A stretch of DNA of 64,000 nucleotides, taken from the NCBI GenBank assembly GCA_023422955.1, contig JAFAGG010000004.1, forward strand, positions 17,476 to 81,475. Direction: 5' to 3'. Below are positions 55,769 to 64,000 of this stretch, piece by piece. The notes below the pieces were generated by a model. The model saw nothing but the letters and a program-made list of their open reading frames with translations. It was not told the origin of the DNA and searched no databases. Made by a program: the position numbers and the translations under genes. The stretch is from Pseudomonadota bacterium (GTDB lineage: Bacteria; Pseudomonadota; Gammaproteobacteria; Burkholderiales; Burkholderiaceae_D). The stretch's first letter is position 1. Each line of letters opens with the position of its first letter.

Positions 55769-57370
55769 TTATTGCATCGCCGCTTGGTCGCGGTCCAGCG
55801 TGGAGTAAGTGGAGGCGGCGAGCAGGCGCTGCGTGTAGGGATGGGATGGTTGCGACAGCACTGCTTCCGCCGTGCCGCTTTCCACCACCTTGCCATCTTT
55901 CATGACCATCACGCGATGCGCCATGGCGCGTATCACGGCCAGGTCGTGGCTGATGAAAATATAGGCAAGTCCATATTTTCGCTGCAGCTCTGCCAGCAGG
56001 TGAAGAACCTGCTGCTGCACTGACACGTCCAGCGATGAGGTAGGTTCGTCCAGCAGGATAAGCGCCGGCTTCAGCACCAGCGCGCGGGCAATCGCGATGC
56101 GCTGGCGCTGGCCGCCCGAAAATTCATGCGGATAGCGCGACATCATGGGCGGCGCAAGCCCCACCTCGGTCATCGCATCCGCCACGGCCTGGCGCAGTTC
56201 ATCCTTGCTCAAATGTGCCTGATGCAGTTCCAGCCCTTCGCCTATGATCTGCTCAATGGTGCGGCGCGGCGACAGCGAGGCAAACGGGTCCTGGAACACG
56301 ACCTGCATTTTTGAACGCAGAGGCCGCACTTCATTGGCATGCATGTCGGTCAGCGCATGCTGCTCAAAATGCACTGCTCCTTCTACCTGTGCTGAAGAGA
56401 GGCGCAGCAGCGCCATGCCCAGCGTCGATTTTCCGGAACCGGATTCGCCGACGACGCCCACGGTTTCGCCGGGCCTTAGCGCAAGGTTCACCTTATCGAC
56501 CGCGACGAAGGGATCTTTCCCGAACCATCCCTTGCGTATCCAGAAAGTGCAGCGCAGGTTCTCCGTCTGCATCAAAGGATCGGATTTTTCATCAGGGGAT
56601 GACACGATGCGTTCCGGATGACTGGCCAAGAGCTTGCGCGTATAAGGTTCGCGTGGATTGGAAAATAGTTCGGGCGTGGTCGTGGTTTCTATCAGCCTGC
56701 CCTTCTCCATCACGCCCACGCGGTCCGCGAAATGGCGTACCAGGTTCAGGTCATGCGTGATCATCAGCACGGCCATATCGTGTTCGCGCTGCAGCTGGTT
56801 CAGCAATTCCAGTATCTGCACCTGTATCGTCACATCCAGCGCCGTGGTCGGCTCGTCGGCGATCAGCAGCTTGGGCTTGCAGGCCAGCGCCATGGCAATC
56901 ATCGCCCGCTGCCGCTGCCCGCCGGACAACTGGTGCGGATAAGACAAGGCGCGACGCGCGGGCTCCGGTATGCCGGTCTTGTCCAGCAAATCCACCGCGC
57001 ATAGTGCCGCCTGTTTCGCGCTCAGCGCTTCATGCAGCATCAGCACTTCCGCGATCTGATTGCCGATCGTGAACAGCGGATTAAGCGCCGTCATCGGCTC
57101 CTGGAAAATCATCGCGATATCCTTGCCGCGAATGCCGCGCATCTGGCGCTCGCTGCGCTTCAGGATGTCTTCGCCTTCGAACAGGATCTGTCCGGCATAA
57201 CGCGCATCGTTATTCAATTGAAGCAGCGCCAGCGATGTTACGGTTTTGCCGGAACCGGATTCGCCCACCAGCGCAAATTTCTCTCCGGGTACGATGGAAA
57301 AACTCACATCATCGACCACGGTGTTGTCGCCGAACGCGACGCGCAGATTGCGCACATCGAGCAGGCTCAT
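55769..57370 (-). CDS. yejF: ABC transporter ATP-binding protein with duplicated ATPase domains (YejF-type)
   Basis: Two Walker A motifs ([16 protein letters not shown]) and two LSGGQRQR signatures. ATGA overlap with yejE. The ORF opens at 57472. Confidence 0.9.
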   Translation of the reverse strand: MSLLDVRNLRVAFGDNTVVDDVSFSIVPGEKFALVGESGSGKTVTSLALLQLNNDARYAGQILFEGEDILKRSERQMRGIRGKDIAMIFQEPMTALNPLFTIGNQIAEVLMLHEALSAKQAALCAVDLLDKTGIPEPARRALSYPHQLSGGQRQRAMIAMALACKPKLLIADEPTTALDVTIQVQILELLNQLQREHDMAVLMITHDLNLVRHFADRVGVMEKGRLIETTTTPELFSNPREPYTRKLLASHPERIVSSPDEKSDPLMQTENLRCTFWIRKGWFGKDPFVAVDKVNLALRPGETVGVVGESGSGKSTLGMALLRLSSAQVEGAVHFEQHALTDMHANEVRPLRSKMQVVFQDPFASLSPRRTIEQIIGEGLELHQAHLSKDELRQAVADAMTEVGLAPPMMSRYPHEFSGGQRQRIAIARALVLKPALILLDEPTSSLDVSVQQQVLHLLAELQRKYGLAYIFISHDLAVIRAMAHRVMVMKDGKVVESGTAEAVLSQPSHPYTQRLLAASTYSTLDRDQAAMQ

Positions 57371-58470
57371 GACTTCCTCCTCACATCCATCGCATTGCGC
57401 AAGGCGTCGCCGATATTGGTCAGCAGGAACAACATGATGGTCAGCACCATGAAAGTGGAAAGCGCAATCCACCAGGCTTCGAGATTGCCCTTGCCCTGCG
57501 CCAGCAGTTCGCCCAGGCTGGGCGTCGGCGGCGGTACGCCGAGGCCGAGAAAATCCAGGCTGGTCAGGCTGACAATGGCGGCGCTCATGCGGAAAGGCAG
57601 GAAGGTAATCACCGGCGTCAGGCTGTTGGGCAGCACATGGCGCCAGATGATCTGGCTATTGGACAAGCCCAGCGCGCGCGCGGCCTGCACATATTCGAGA
57701 TTGCGGTTGCGCAGGAATTCCGCGCGCACATAATCGGACAAACCCATCCAGCCGAACAGCGACAACAGCACCAGCAGCAAAAGCAGGCTGGGCTGGAAGA
57801 TGGAGGCAAAGATGATCAGCAGGTACAACTCGGGCATGGAGCCCCAGATTTCCATGAAGCGCTGGAAGAAAAGATCGGTGCGGCCAGCGAAGTAGCCCTG
57901 TATTGCACCGGTGATCATGCCGAGCAACACGCCGGTAATCGTCAGCGCCAGCCCGAACAGCACCGAGATGCGAAAGCCGTACAGCAGGCGGGCGAATACA
58001 TCGCGGCCGCGGTCGTCGGTGCCGAGCCAGTTCTCGCTACTGGGCGGCGCAGGATTAGGCTCGGGCGCGAAGTAATTCAGCGTGTCGTAGCTGTAGCGGT
58101 TGATCGGATAGAGCGCGAAATTTCCCTCCCTGTCGAACTGCTCTTGGATGAAAGGATCGAGATAATCGGCCGGTGTTTCGAAGTCGCCGCCGAAAGCCTT
58201 TTCGGAATACGTGGTCACCATCGGGAACATCCATTGCCCGTTGTAGCGCACCACCAGCGGCTTGTCGTTCGACACGACCTCGGCCAGCAGGCTGAAGACG
58301 AACAGGATGGAAAAAAGGATCAGGCTCCAGTAACCGCGGCGATTGGATTTGAAACGCTGCCAGATGCGGCGGCCGGGCGTGAGGGATGCCGAATTCGGCG
58401 CACTCGGCGCAACAGCAGACGCTGCGGGCGCAGTAGCGATGTCGGCAGGAGAAGCGGGTACGGTGCTCAT
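57367..58470 (-). CDS. yejE: Peptide/microcin-type ABC transporter permease (YejE-type)
   Basis: BPD-transporter EAA region YVRAEFLRNRNLEYVQAARALG; 4-nt overlaps with both neighbours. Confidence 0.88.
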   Translation of the reverse strand: MSTVPASPADIATAPAASAVAPSAPNSASLTPGRRIWQRFKSNRRGYWSLILFSILFVFSLLAEVVSNDKPLVVRYNGQWMFPMVTTYSEKAFGGDFETPADYLDPFIQEQFDREGNFALYPINRYSYDTLNYFAPEPNPAPPSSENWLGTDDRGRDVFARLLYGFRISVLFGLALTITGVLLGMITGAIQGYFAGRTDLFFQRFMEIWGSMPELYLLIIFASIFQPSLLLLLVLLSLFGWMGLSDYVRAEFLRNRNLEYVQAARALGLSNSQIIWRHVLPNSLTPVITFLPFRMSAAIVSLTSLDFLGLGVPPPTPSLGELLAQGKGNLEAWWIALSTFMVLTIMLFLLTNIGDALRNAMDVRRKS

Positions 58471-59531
58471 CGATTCAGGCTTTCGAATTGCAGGCGCGGG
58501 TCCGCCCAGACATAACAGAGATCGCCGATCAGTTTCACCACCAGGCCGATCAGCGTGAAGAGATACAGCGTGCCCATCACCACCGGATAATCGCGCCGTA
58601 TCACCGACTCATACGACAACAGGCCCAGACCATCCAGCGAGAACAGGGTTTCTATCAGCAGGCTGCCGGCGAAGAAGGCGCCGATGAAAGCGGCGGGAAA
58701 ACCAGTGACCAGCGGAATCAGCGCATTGCGAAATACATGCTTGTACAGCACCTTTTTCTCATCCAGCCCCTTGGCGCGCGCGGTCAGCACATACTGCTTG
58801 CGGATTTCTTCGAGAAAAGTGTTCTTGGTCAGCATGGTCATCACGGCAAACGAGCCGGCCACCGAAGCAATCACCGGCAGCGTGATATGCCACAGGTAAT
58901 CGACCACCTTGCCGAACATCGACAGCTGCTCCCAGTCGTCCGAGGTCAGGCCGCGCAGCGGGAACCATTGTAGGAAAGTGCCGCCGCCGAACAGCACCAG
59001 CAGCAGCACGCCCAGCACGAAACCCGGTATCGAATAGCCGATCAGCACCACCATGCTGGATACCACATCGAAGCGGCTGCCTTCGCGCACCGCCTTGGCA
59101 ACGCCCAGCGGCAATGAAATGAGATAGGTCAGCACGAAGGTCCACATGCCCAGCGTGATCGACACCGGCATCTTGGATTTCACCAGCTCCCACACATCCT
59201 TGTGATGATAAAAGCTCTGGCCGAGGTCGAAGCTGGCAAAGCCCTTCAGCATCTGCCAGTAGCGCTCATGCGTCGGCTTGTCGAAGCCGTACAGCTTCTT
59301 GATTTCCTCGACCTGCTGCGCATCCAGTCCCTGTCGTCCGCGATAGTCGGCCCCACCACCGCCACCGCTGGCCTCGCCGACTGCGCCGACATGGCCTCGC
59401 ATTTCCAGCATCATCTGCTCCACCGGACCGCCGGGCACGAACTGGATCACGATGAAGGTGATCGTGATCACGCCCAGCAGGGTCGGTAGCATCAGCAGCA
59501 GGCGCTTGGCAATATATGACCAAAGATTCAT
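58467..59531 (-). CDS. yejB: Peptide/microcin-type ABC transporter permease (YejB-type)
   Basis: FLEEIRKQYVLTARAKGL EAA motif, 6 TM segments. Confidence 0.88.
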   Translation of the reverse strand: MNLWSYIAKRLLLMLPTLLGVITITFIVIQFVPGGPVEQMMLEMRGHVGAVGEASGGGGGADYRGRQGLDAQQVEEIKKLYGFDKPTHERYWQMLKGFASFDLGQSFYHHKDVWELVKSKMPVSITLGMWTFVLTYLISLPLGVAKAVREGSRFDVVSSMVVLIGYSIPGFVLGVLLLVLFGGGTFLQWFPLRGLTSDDWEQLSMFGKVVDYLWHITLPVIASVAGSFAVMTMLTKNTFLEEIRKQYVLTARAKGLDEKKVLYKHVFRNALIPLVTGFPAAFIGAFFAGSLLIETLFSLDGLGLLSYESVIRRDYPVVMGTLYLFTLIGLVVKLIGDLCYVWADPRLQFESLNR

Positions 59532-59567
59532 GAATGGACTTTCGTTCTGCTCTGTATGGTTTTGATT

Positions 59568-59594
59568 CCCTACCCTTCAAGGAGAGGGGTAGGG
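59568..59594. repeat. Degenerate hairpin unit of the same repeat family (CCCTACCC-TTCAAGG-..-GGGTAGGG)
   Basis: Shares the TTCAAGG loop and G/C-tract arms with copies A and B. Confidence 0.5.
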
Positions 59595-59637
59595 GTGAAG
59601 CAAGGGTAAGCAGGCAGCGATACTCTGCGCTCAGGCT

Positions 59638-59806
59638 CCCTCCCCTTCAAGGGGAGGGTCAGGGTGGGGATGGGTTCAAACAATCTGCATAAGAAACCCA
59701 TCCCCATCCCAACCATTCCACTGCGCCGCTGGTAGGCGGCTTAGATTCGGTCGGCGCGAAGCAGTGCTTCGCGAAACCCCGCCCTCATCCCCTTGAAGGG
59801 GAAGGA
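59638..59806. repeat. Nested-palindrome intergenic repeat, copy B, with a 67-nt internal insertion, in the yejA-yejB gap
   Basis: The left 39 nt differ from copy A at 1 position. The ACCCATCCCCATCCCAACC inner arm is present. The outer right hairpin CATCCCCTTGAAGGGGAAGG is displaced by an insert containing the palindrome GCGAAGCAgTGCTTCGC. Confidence 0.8.
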
Positions 59807-59815
59807 GTCTAAAAA

Positions 59816-61615
59816 TCACCGCCGCGGATTAGCCTCCCACCAAGTCGACATGATGTAAGGATCGGCAGAATAATATAACGGCAGTTTTTCCGGCATGCCG
59901 AAGCGGTTCCAGTACGCGACGCGGTGCAGGCTGGAGAACCAGTGCGGCACGACGATGTGCTTGTGCAGCAATACGCGGTCCAGGGCTTTCGCAGCCGCCA
60001 GCAAATCCTTGCGGGATTCAGCCATCACCAGTTTCCCCACCAGCTTGTCGACCGCCGGCTCCTTCAGGCCGAAGTAGTTGCTCGATCCCTTCTGGTCTGC
60101 GGCTTTCGAGCCGAACATGTCGAACAGTTCATTGCCGGGCACCACCACGTCCGGGAAGCGCATGCTCATCATGTCGAAGTCGTAATCTTCCAGGCGTTTC
60201 TGCACCAGCGCGAAATCGGCAGTGCGCTGGGTGACCTGTATGCCGAGTTTTTCCAGGTTGCGCACATACACGCTGATCACGCGCGACATGCTGCCCTGGT
60301 CGTCCAGGATCTCAAAGCGGAAAGCTTCGCCCTTGGCATTGCGCAAGGCGCCATCGCGGTATTCCCATCCCGCCTCGCGCAGCAACTCCACGGCCTGCAG
60401 CAGGTTCTGCCGCAAGGAAGCCGGCGCATCCGTCGAGGGTGGCAGCGGCGCGGGGCCGAATACCGCCGGATCGAGCTGCTTGCGCATCGGCTCCAGCAAG
60501 CGCAGTTCTTCTTCCGTGGGCAGGCCGGTCGCCGCCATTTCGCTGTTGGCGAAGAAGGAGTAAAGCCGCTCATACTGGTTGTAGAACAGCTGCCGGTTCA
60601 TCCATTCGAAATCCAGCGCCAATGCCAGCGCCCTTCTGACCCGCACATCCTGGAATACCGGCCGGCGCAGGTTCATCATGAAACCCTGCATGCCCGCGCC
60701 GTTGGCATGCTTGAATTCGTGCTTGATGATTTCGCCGCTGCGGAATTTCGCGCCGGTATAACTGCGGGACCAGCTCTTGGCGCGGTACTCCACGTTCACA
60801 TCGAAGTCGCCGGCCTTGAACGCTTCCAGCCGCGCCATGTCATCCGAGTACAGGCGGAAGTAAATGCGCTCGAAGTTGTACATGCCCTTGCGCGAGGGAA
60901 GATTGCGCGCCCAGTAGTCGGGATTCAGGCGGTAGGTGACGGAACGGCCCACATCGTAACGGTCGATCAGATAAGGACCGCTGGCAACCGGCGCCGTCAG
61001 CTGAATGCGATCGAAGTCCGTGCCCTCACCCCACTTGCGCGAAAACACCGGCATGTTGCCGACCACCAGCGGCAGTTCGCGGTTCAGCGTACGGAAGTCG
61101 AAACGCACGGTGCGCTCGTTGAGCACCGTCACGCCCTTCACATCCGCATAGACGGACTTGAAGTAAGGTGCACCCTTGTCCAGCAGGATATCGAAGGAGT
61201 ACTTGACGTCGGCCGCCAGCACCGGGTCGCCATTATTGAAGCGCGCTTTCGGGTTGAGGCGGAACGTCATGGACATGCGGTCCGGCGCCAGCGCCATGTC
61301 TTCGGCCAGCAGGCCGTACATGGTTGCCACCTCATCCTGAGCCTGGGTGGCGAGCGATTCGAACATCAGCCCCAGGCCGGGCGCGGACACGCCGCGCAAA
61401 GAAAACGGATTGAACTTGTCGAAGCTGGTGCTGCGGCTGGGATTGGCCAGATAGAGGTCGCCGCCCTTGGGAGCGGCCGGATTCACATAATCGAAATGCG
61501 TGAAGTCGGAAGGATATTTCGGCTCGTCGTATTGGGAAAAAGCGTGGGCGGCGAATGCCGTGCCGCTGATTGCCACTCCGCTTGCCAGAAACAGGGAAAC
61601 AAGAAATTTGACCAT
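59816..61615 (-). CDS. yejA: Extracellular solute-binding protein, family 5 (YejA-type)
   Basis: 599 aa with a signal peptide and SBP_bac_5-like sequence; first gene of the yejABEF order. Confidence 0.88.
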   Translation of the reverse strand: MVKFLVSLFLASGVAISGTAFAAHAFSQYDEPKYPSDFTHFDYVNPAAPKGGDLYLANPSRSTSFDKFNPFSLRGVSAPGLGLMFESLATQAQDEVATMYGLLAEDMALAPDRMSMTFRLNPKARFNNGDPVLAADVKYSFDILLDKGAPYFKSVYADVKGVTVLNERTVRFDFRTLNRELPLVVGNMPVFSRKWGEGTDFDRIQLTAPVASGPYLIDRYDVGRSVTYRLNPDYWARNLPSRKGMYNFERIYFRLYSDDMARLEAFKAGDFDVNVEYRAKSWSRSYTGAKFRSGEIIKHEFKHANGAGMQGFMMNLRRPVFQDVRVRRALALALDFEWMNRQLFYNQYERLYSFFANSEMAATGLPTEEELRLLEPMRKQLDPAVFGPAPLPPSTDAPASLRQNLLQAVELLREAGWEYRDGALRNAKGEAFRFEILDDQGSMSRVISVYVRNLEKLGIQVTQRTADFALVQKRLEDYDFDMMSMRFPDVVVPGNELFDMFGSKAADQKGSSNYFGLKEPAVDKLVGKLVMAESRKDLLAAAKALDRVLLHKHIVVPHWFSSLHRVAYWNRFGMPEKLPLYYSADPYIMSTWWEANPRR

Positions 61616-61907
61616 TCGCTGCCTTATTCGATCGGCGTCGCCGAGAATGAGTTCTTGAGCCTCATAGTGTGGCTATTGTACAGAAACAGGTTTTGCGCAG
61701 GCCCAGCGACGCCCCGGATTTGCGACACCGGCACGTGCTTTGACTGGTCAAAAACTTGCCGAGCTTGCGGAGTATCCCTACAATCTTGCCCATTCTGGAT
61801 GCAGGGCCGCGGGCTTTGCCTCCTCATATTCATGCCGGTGCGCAGCACAAGGGTTATCAATTCAGCCCCTCAACGCGCCGTTTCAACAAGACCTCTCTGG
61901 AGTCGCT

Positions 61908-62699
61908 ATGGCATTTCTGCAAGGCAAAAAAATCCTTCTTACCGGTTTGCTGTCGAACCGCTCCATCGCCTACGGTATTGCCAAGGCTTGCCATCGCGAA
62001 GGCGCCGAACTGGCCTTCACCTATGTCGGCGACCGTTTCAAGGACCGCATTACGGAGTTTGCCAAGGAATTCAACAGCGAGCTGATCTTCGATTGCGACG
62101 TCGGCAACGATGAGCAAATCGCCAAAGTATTTGAAGACTTGGGCAAGAGCTGGAACCAACTCGACGGTCTGGTGCATGCCATCGGATTCGCACCGCGCGA
62201 AGCGATTGCCGGCGACTTCCTGGATGGCATTTCGCGTGAAGGCTTCCGCATCGCCCACGACATTTCCGCCTACAGCTTCCCGGCCATGGCCAAAGCCTCC
62301 CGCGGCATGCTCAGCCCCAATGCCTCGCTGCTGACCCTGAGCTATCTGGGTGCGATGCGCGCGCTGCCCAGCTATAACACCATGGGCCTGGCCAAGGCAT
62401 CGCTGGAAGCCAGTGTGCGCTACATGGCGGCTTCGCTCGGCCCGCAGGGCATACGTGTGAATGGCATTTCCGCCGGCCCGATCAAGACGCTGGCTGCCAG
62501 CGGCATCAAGGACTTCGGCAAAATCCTGAATTTCGTCAAGAACAATGCACCGCTGCGCCGCAATGTGACGATCGAGGAAGTCGGCAATACCGCAGCCTTC
62601 CTGCTGTCCGATCTGTCCAGCGGCATCACCGGTGAAATCACTTATGTCGACGGCGGCTTCTCGCATGTGGTGCCGGGCATGGAAGAAGAACAAGGCTGA
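61908..62699 (+). CDS. fabI: Enoyl-ACP reductase (NADH), FabI
   Basis: [27 protein letters not shown] start and the Y-x6-K catalytic region [14 protein letters not shown]. The ORF opens at 61740. Confidence 0.93.
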   Translation: MAFLQGKKILLTGLLSNRSIAYGIAKACHREGAELAFTYVGDRFKDRITEFAKEFNSELIFDCDVGNDEQIAKVFEDLGKSWNQLDGLVHAIGFAPREAIAGDFLDGISREGFRIAHDISAYSFPAMAKASRGMLSPNASLLTLSYLGAMRALPSYNTMGLAKASLEASVRYMAASLGPQGIRVNGISAGPIKTLAASGIKDFGKILNFVKNNAPLRRNVTIEEVGNTAAFLLSDLSSGITGEITYVDGGFSHVVPGMEEEQG

Positions 62700-62741
62700 T
62701 TGCTTCACTGTCGCTTCACTGACTCTTCCCTGCCTCTCTTT

Positions 62742-62766
62742 GCCGGATGCGCCATGCGTATCCGGC
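62742..62766 (+). terminator. Hairpin after fabI (probable terminator)
   Basis: GCCGGATGCG-loop-CGTATCCGGC followed by TTCTTGT. Confidence 0.5.
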
Positions 62767-63101
62767 TTCTTGTATCGGCCTCATTAAACCGTCAACATTT
62801 CTTCAAGCTTGAAATAAGCGCTGCAGGAAGTCGCGCAACGCGCTATAATGCGGCCTGCGCTGCAAATTGCAGCCCACACGTAGTATCAAGCAGCACCGCA
62901 AACCTTCTGCATTTACGAAAAGCCCTCCCGCCTTCTGGTGTCATTGTTACACCGTCCCGGCGCAAAGCTTTGTGCCGAAACCTTTCTGAACCGGTTTCTT
63001 TTGTGGTTTCTTAGCCGTTCCGTTGGTAAGCGTTGCATTTCTTGCGCCTCATGATGTCATCGGAGATGACGCATGGCGCGCCGATTTCACGAAAGTAAAT
63101 A

Positions 63102-64000
63102 ATGACATTTGAAGCAATTGGATTACACGCGTCCGTACTCAAAGCCCTGGAAGCCGCTGGCTACACTGCGCCTACCCCGGTGCAAGCCCAGGCGGTTCCG
63201 GCTGCGATCGAAGGCCGCGATCTGCTGGTATCTTCGCAAACAGGTTCCGGCAAGACTGCAGCTTTCATGCTGCCGGCCTTGCACAAGTTTGCCTCCATGC
63301 CGGAGCAAGCTCCGATGGGCGCCAAGACTCCCAATCAGTCTGCGCAATCCGCACGTTCGCGCGGCGACCGCCCGCGTTTCAAGGCAGCTCAACCTAAAAT
63401 GCTGGTGCTGACGCCGACCCGCGAACTCGCGTTGCAAGTCACCGAAGCCACCGACAAGTACGGCACCTTCATGCGTCGCATCAAGGCTGTGTCCATCCTC
63501 GGCGGCATGCCTTATCCGAAGCAGATGCAACTGCTGTCGCGCAATCCGGAAATCCTGGTGGCCACGCCTGGCCGCCTGATCGATCACATGGATTCCGGCA
63601 AGATCGATTTCTCGCAACTGGAAATCCTGGTGCTGGACGAAGCCGATCGCATGCTGGACATGGGCTTCATCGAAGACATCGAAAAAATCGTTGCGTCGAC
63701 GCCGGAAACGCGCCAGACCATGCTGTTCTCGGCCACGCTGGATGGCGTAGTCGGCTCCATGGCCCGCCGCATCACCAAAGATCCGCTGGTGATCCAGATC
63801 GCCGGCTCGGCAACCCGCCATGAAAACATCCAGCAGCGCGTGCATTTTGTCGACGACCTGTCGCACAAGAACCGCCTGCTCGACCACCTGCTGCGCGATG
63901 TCGCCATTGACCAGGCCGTGATCTTCACCGCGACCAAGCGCGATGCCGACATGATCGCCGATCGCCTGACGATCGCCGGTTTTGCCGCTGCCGCACTGCA
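63102..64000 (+). CDS. DEAD-box ATP-dependent RNA helicase (RhlE-like), N-terminal part; continues beyond the window
   Basis: Hand translation from ATG 63102 gives the Q-motif region GYTAPTPVQ, then SQTGSGKT, PTRELA, TPGRL, DEAD and SAT, all in frame. It is absent from the ORF track because no stop falls in the window. Confidence 0.9.
   Translation, partial: MTFEAIGLHASVLKALEAAGYTAPTPVQAQAVPAAIEGRDLLVSSQTGSGKTAAFMLPALHKFASMPEQAPMGAKTPNQSAQSARSRGDRPRFKAAQPKMLVLTPTRELALQVTEATDKYGTFMRRIKAVSILGGMPYPKQMQLLSRNPEILVATPGRLIDHMDSGKIDFSQLEILVLDEADRMLDMGFIEDIEKIVASTPETRQTMLFSATLDGVVGSMARRITKDPLVIQIAGSATRHENIQQRVHFVDDLSHKNRLLDHLLRDVAIDQAVIFTATKRDADMIADRLTIAGFAAAAL

Noticed and set aside
63109-63411. 100-aa ORF listed at the start of the helicase region.
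   Set aside because: It is in the wrong frame. The frame starting at ATG 63102 gives the ordered DEAD-box motifs (GSGKT, PTRELA, TPGRL, DEAD, SAT) and runs to the window end.
1-64000. CRISPR arrays, rRNA genes, IS elements, toxin-antitoxin pairs or known defence systems.
   Set aside because: I saw no regularly spaced repeat arrays, no rRNA-like sequence and no transposase, integrase or nuclease-helicase defence architectures in any frame. The only repeats are the short tandem repeats and the two REP-like elements listed.

Overview
A 64-kb chromosomal segment from a GC-rich proteobacterium. The gene content looks betaproteobacterial/Burkholderiales-like (Bug-family binding protein, gloB|yafS-rnhA..dnaQ-tRNA-Val neighbourhood). 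I found no transposase, integrase, phage gene or CRISPR array. The first 33 kb form a compact oxygen/nitric-oxide respiration island. It contains fnr, the cbb3 oxidase genes ccoNOQP-ccoGH, a separate hemN-X-ccoI-ccoS unit, an Aer-like aerotaxis receptor, nnrS, nsrR, a norCBQD nitric-oxide reductase cluster and a c551-type cytochrome. It also holds a globin-coupled GGDEF-EAL sensor with an adjacent HD-GYP protein, and a CarH-like B12-binding MerR regulator divergent from a chemoreceptor gene. Four perfect TTGAT-N4-ATCAA FNR boxes and one near-perfect box sit in front of genes in this window. The rest encodes two large sensor kinases flanking an uncharacterised, translationally coupled membrane-protein/GTPase pair (DUF2868/DUF3482-like), which is my best candidate for an undescribed system. 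Further along are tRNA-Val, dnaQ, an RND efflux pair, rnhA, gloB, an MltD-like transglycosylase, a LysR/ygiD pair, a lower-GC patch of orphan genes, the yejABEF peptide ABC transporter, fabI and the start of a DEAD-box helicase. A nested-palindrome repeat family occurs at two intergenic loci. Other points of interest are a NorC fused to a second cytochrome c domain, a 36-aa membrane ORF and ccoS (both below the ORF-track cutoff), a Tat-signal beta-carbonic-anhydrase-like protein, a degenerate HMA protein and an AAC(3)-I-like acetyltransferase. All calls rest on reading the translated ORFs and DNA by eye, and no database search was run.
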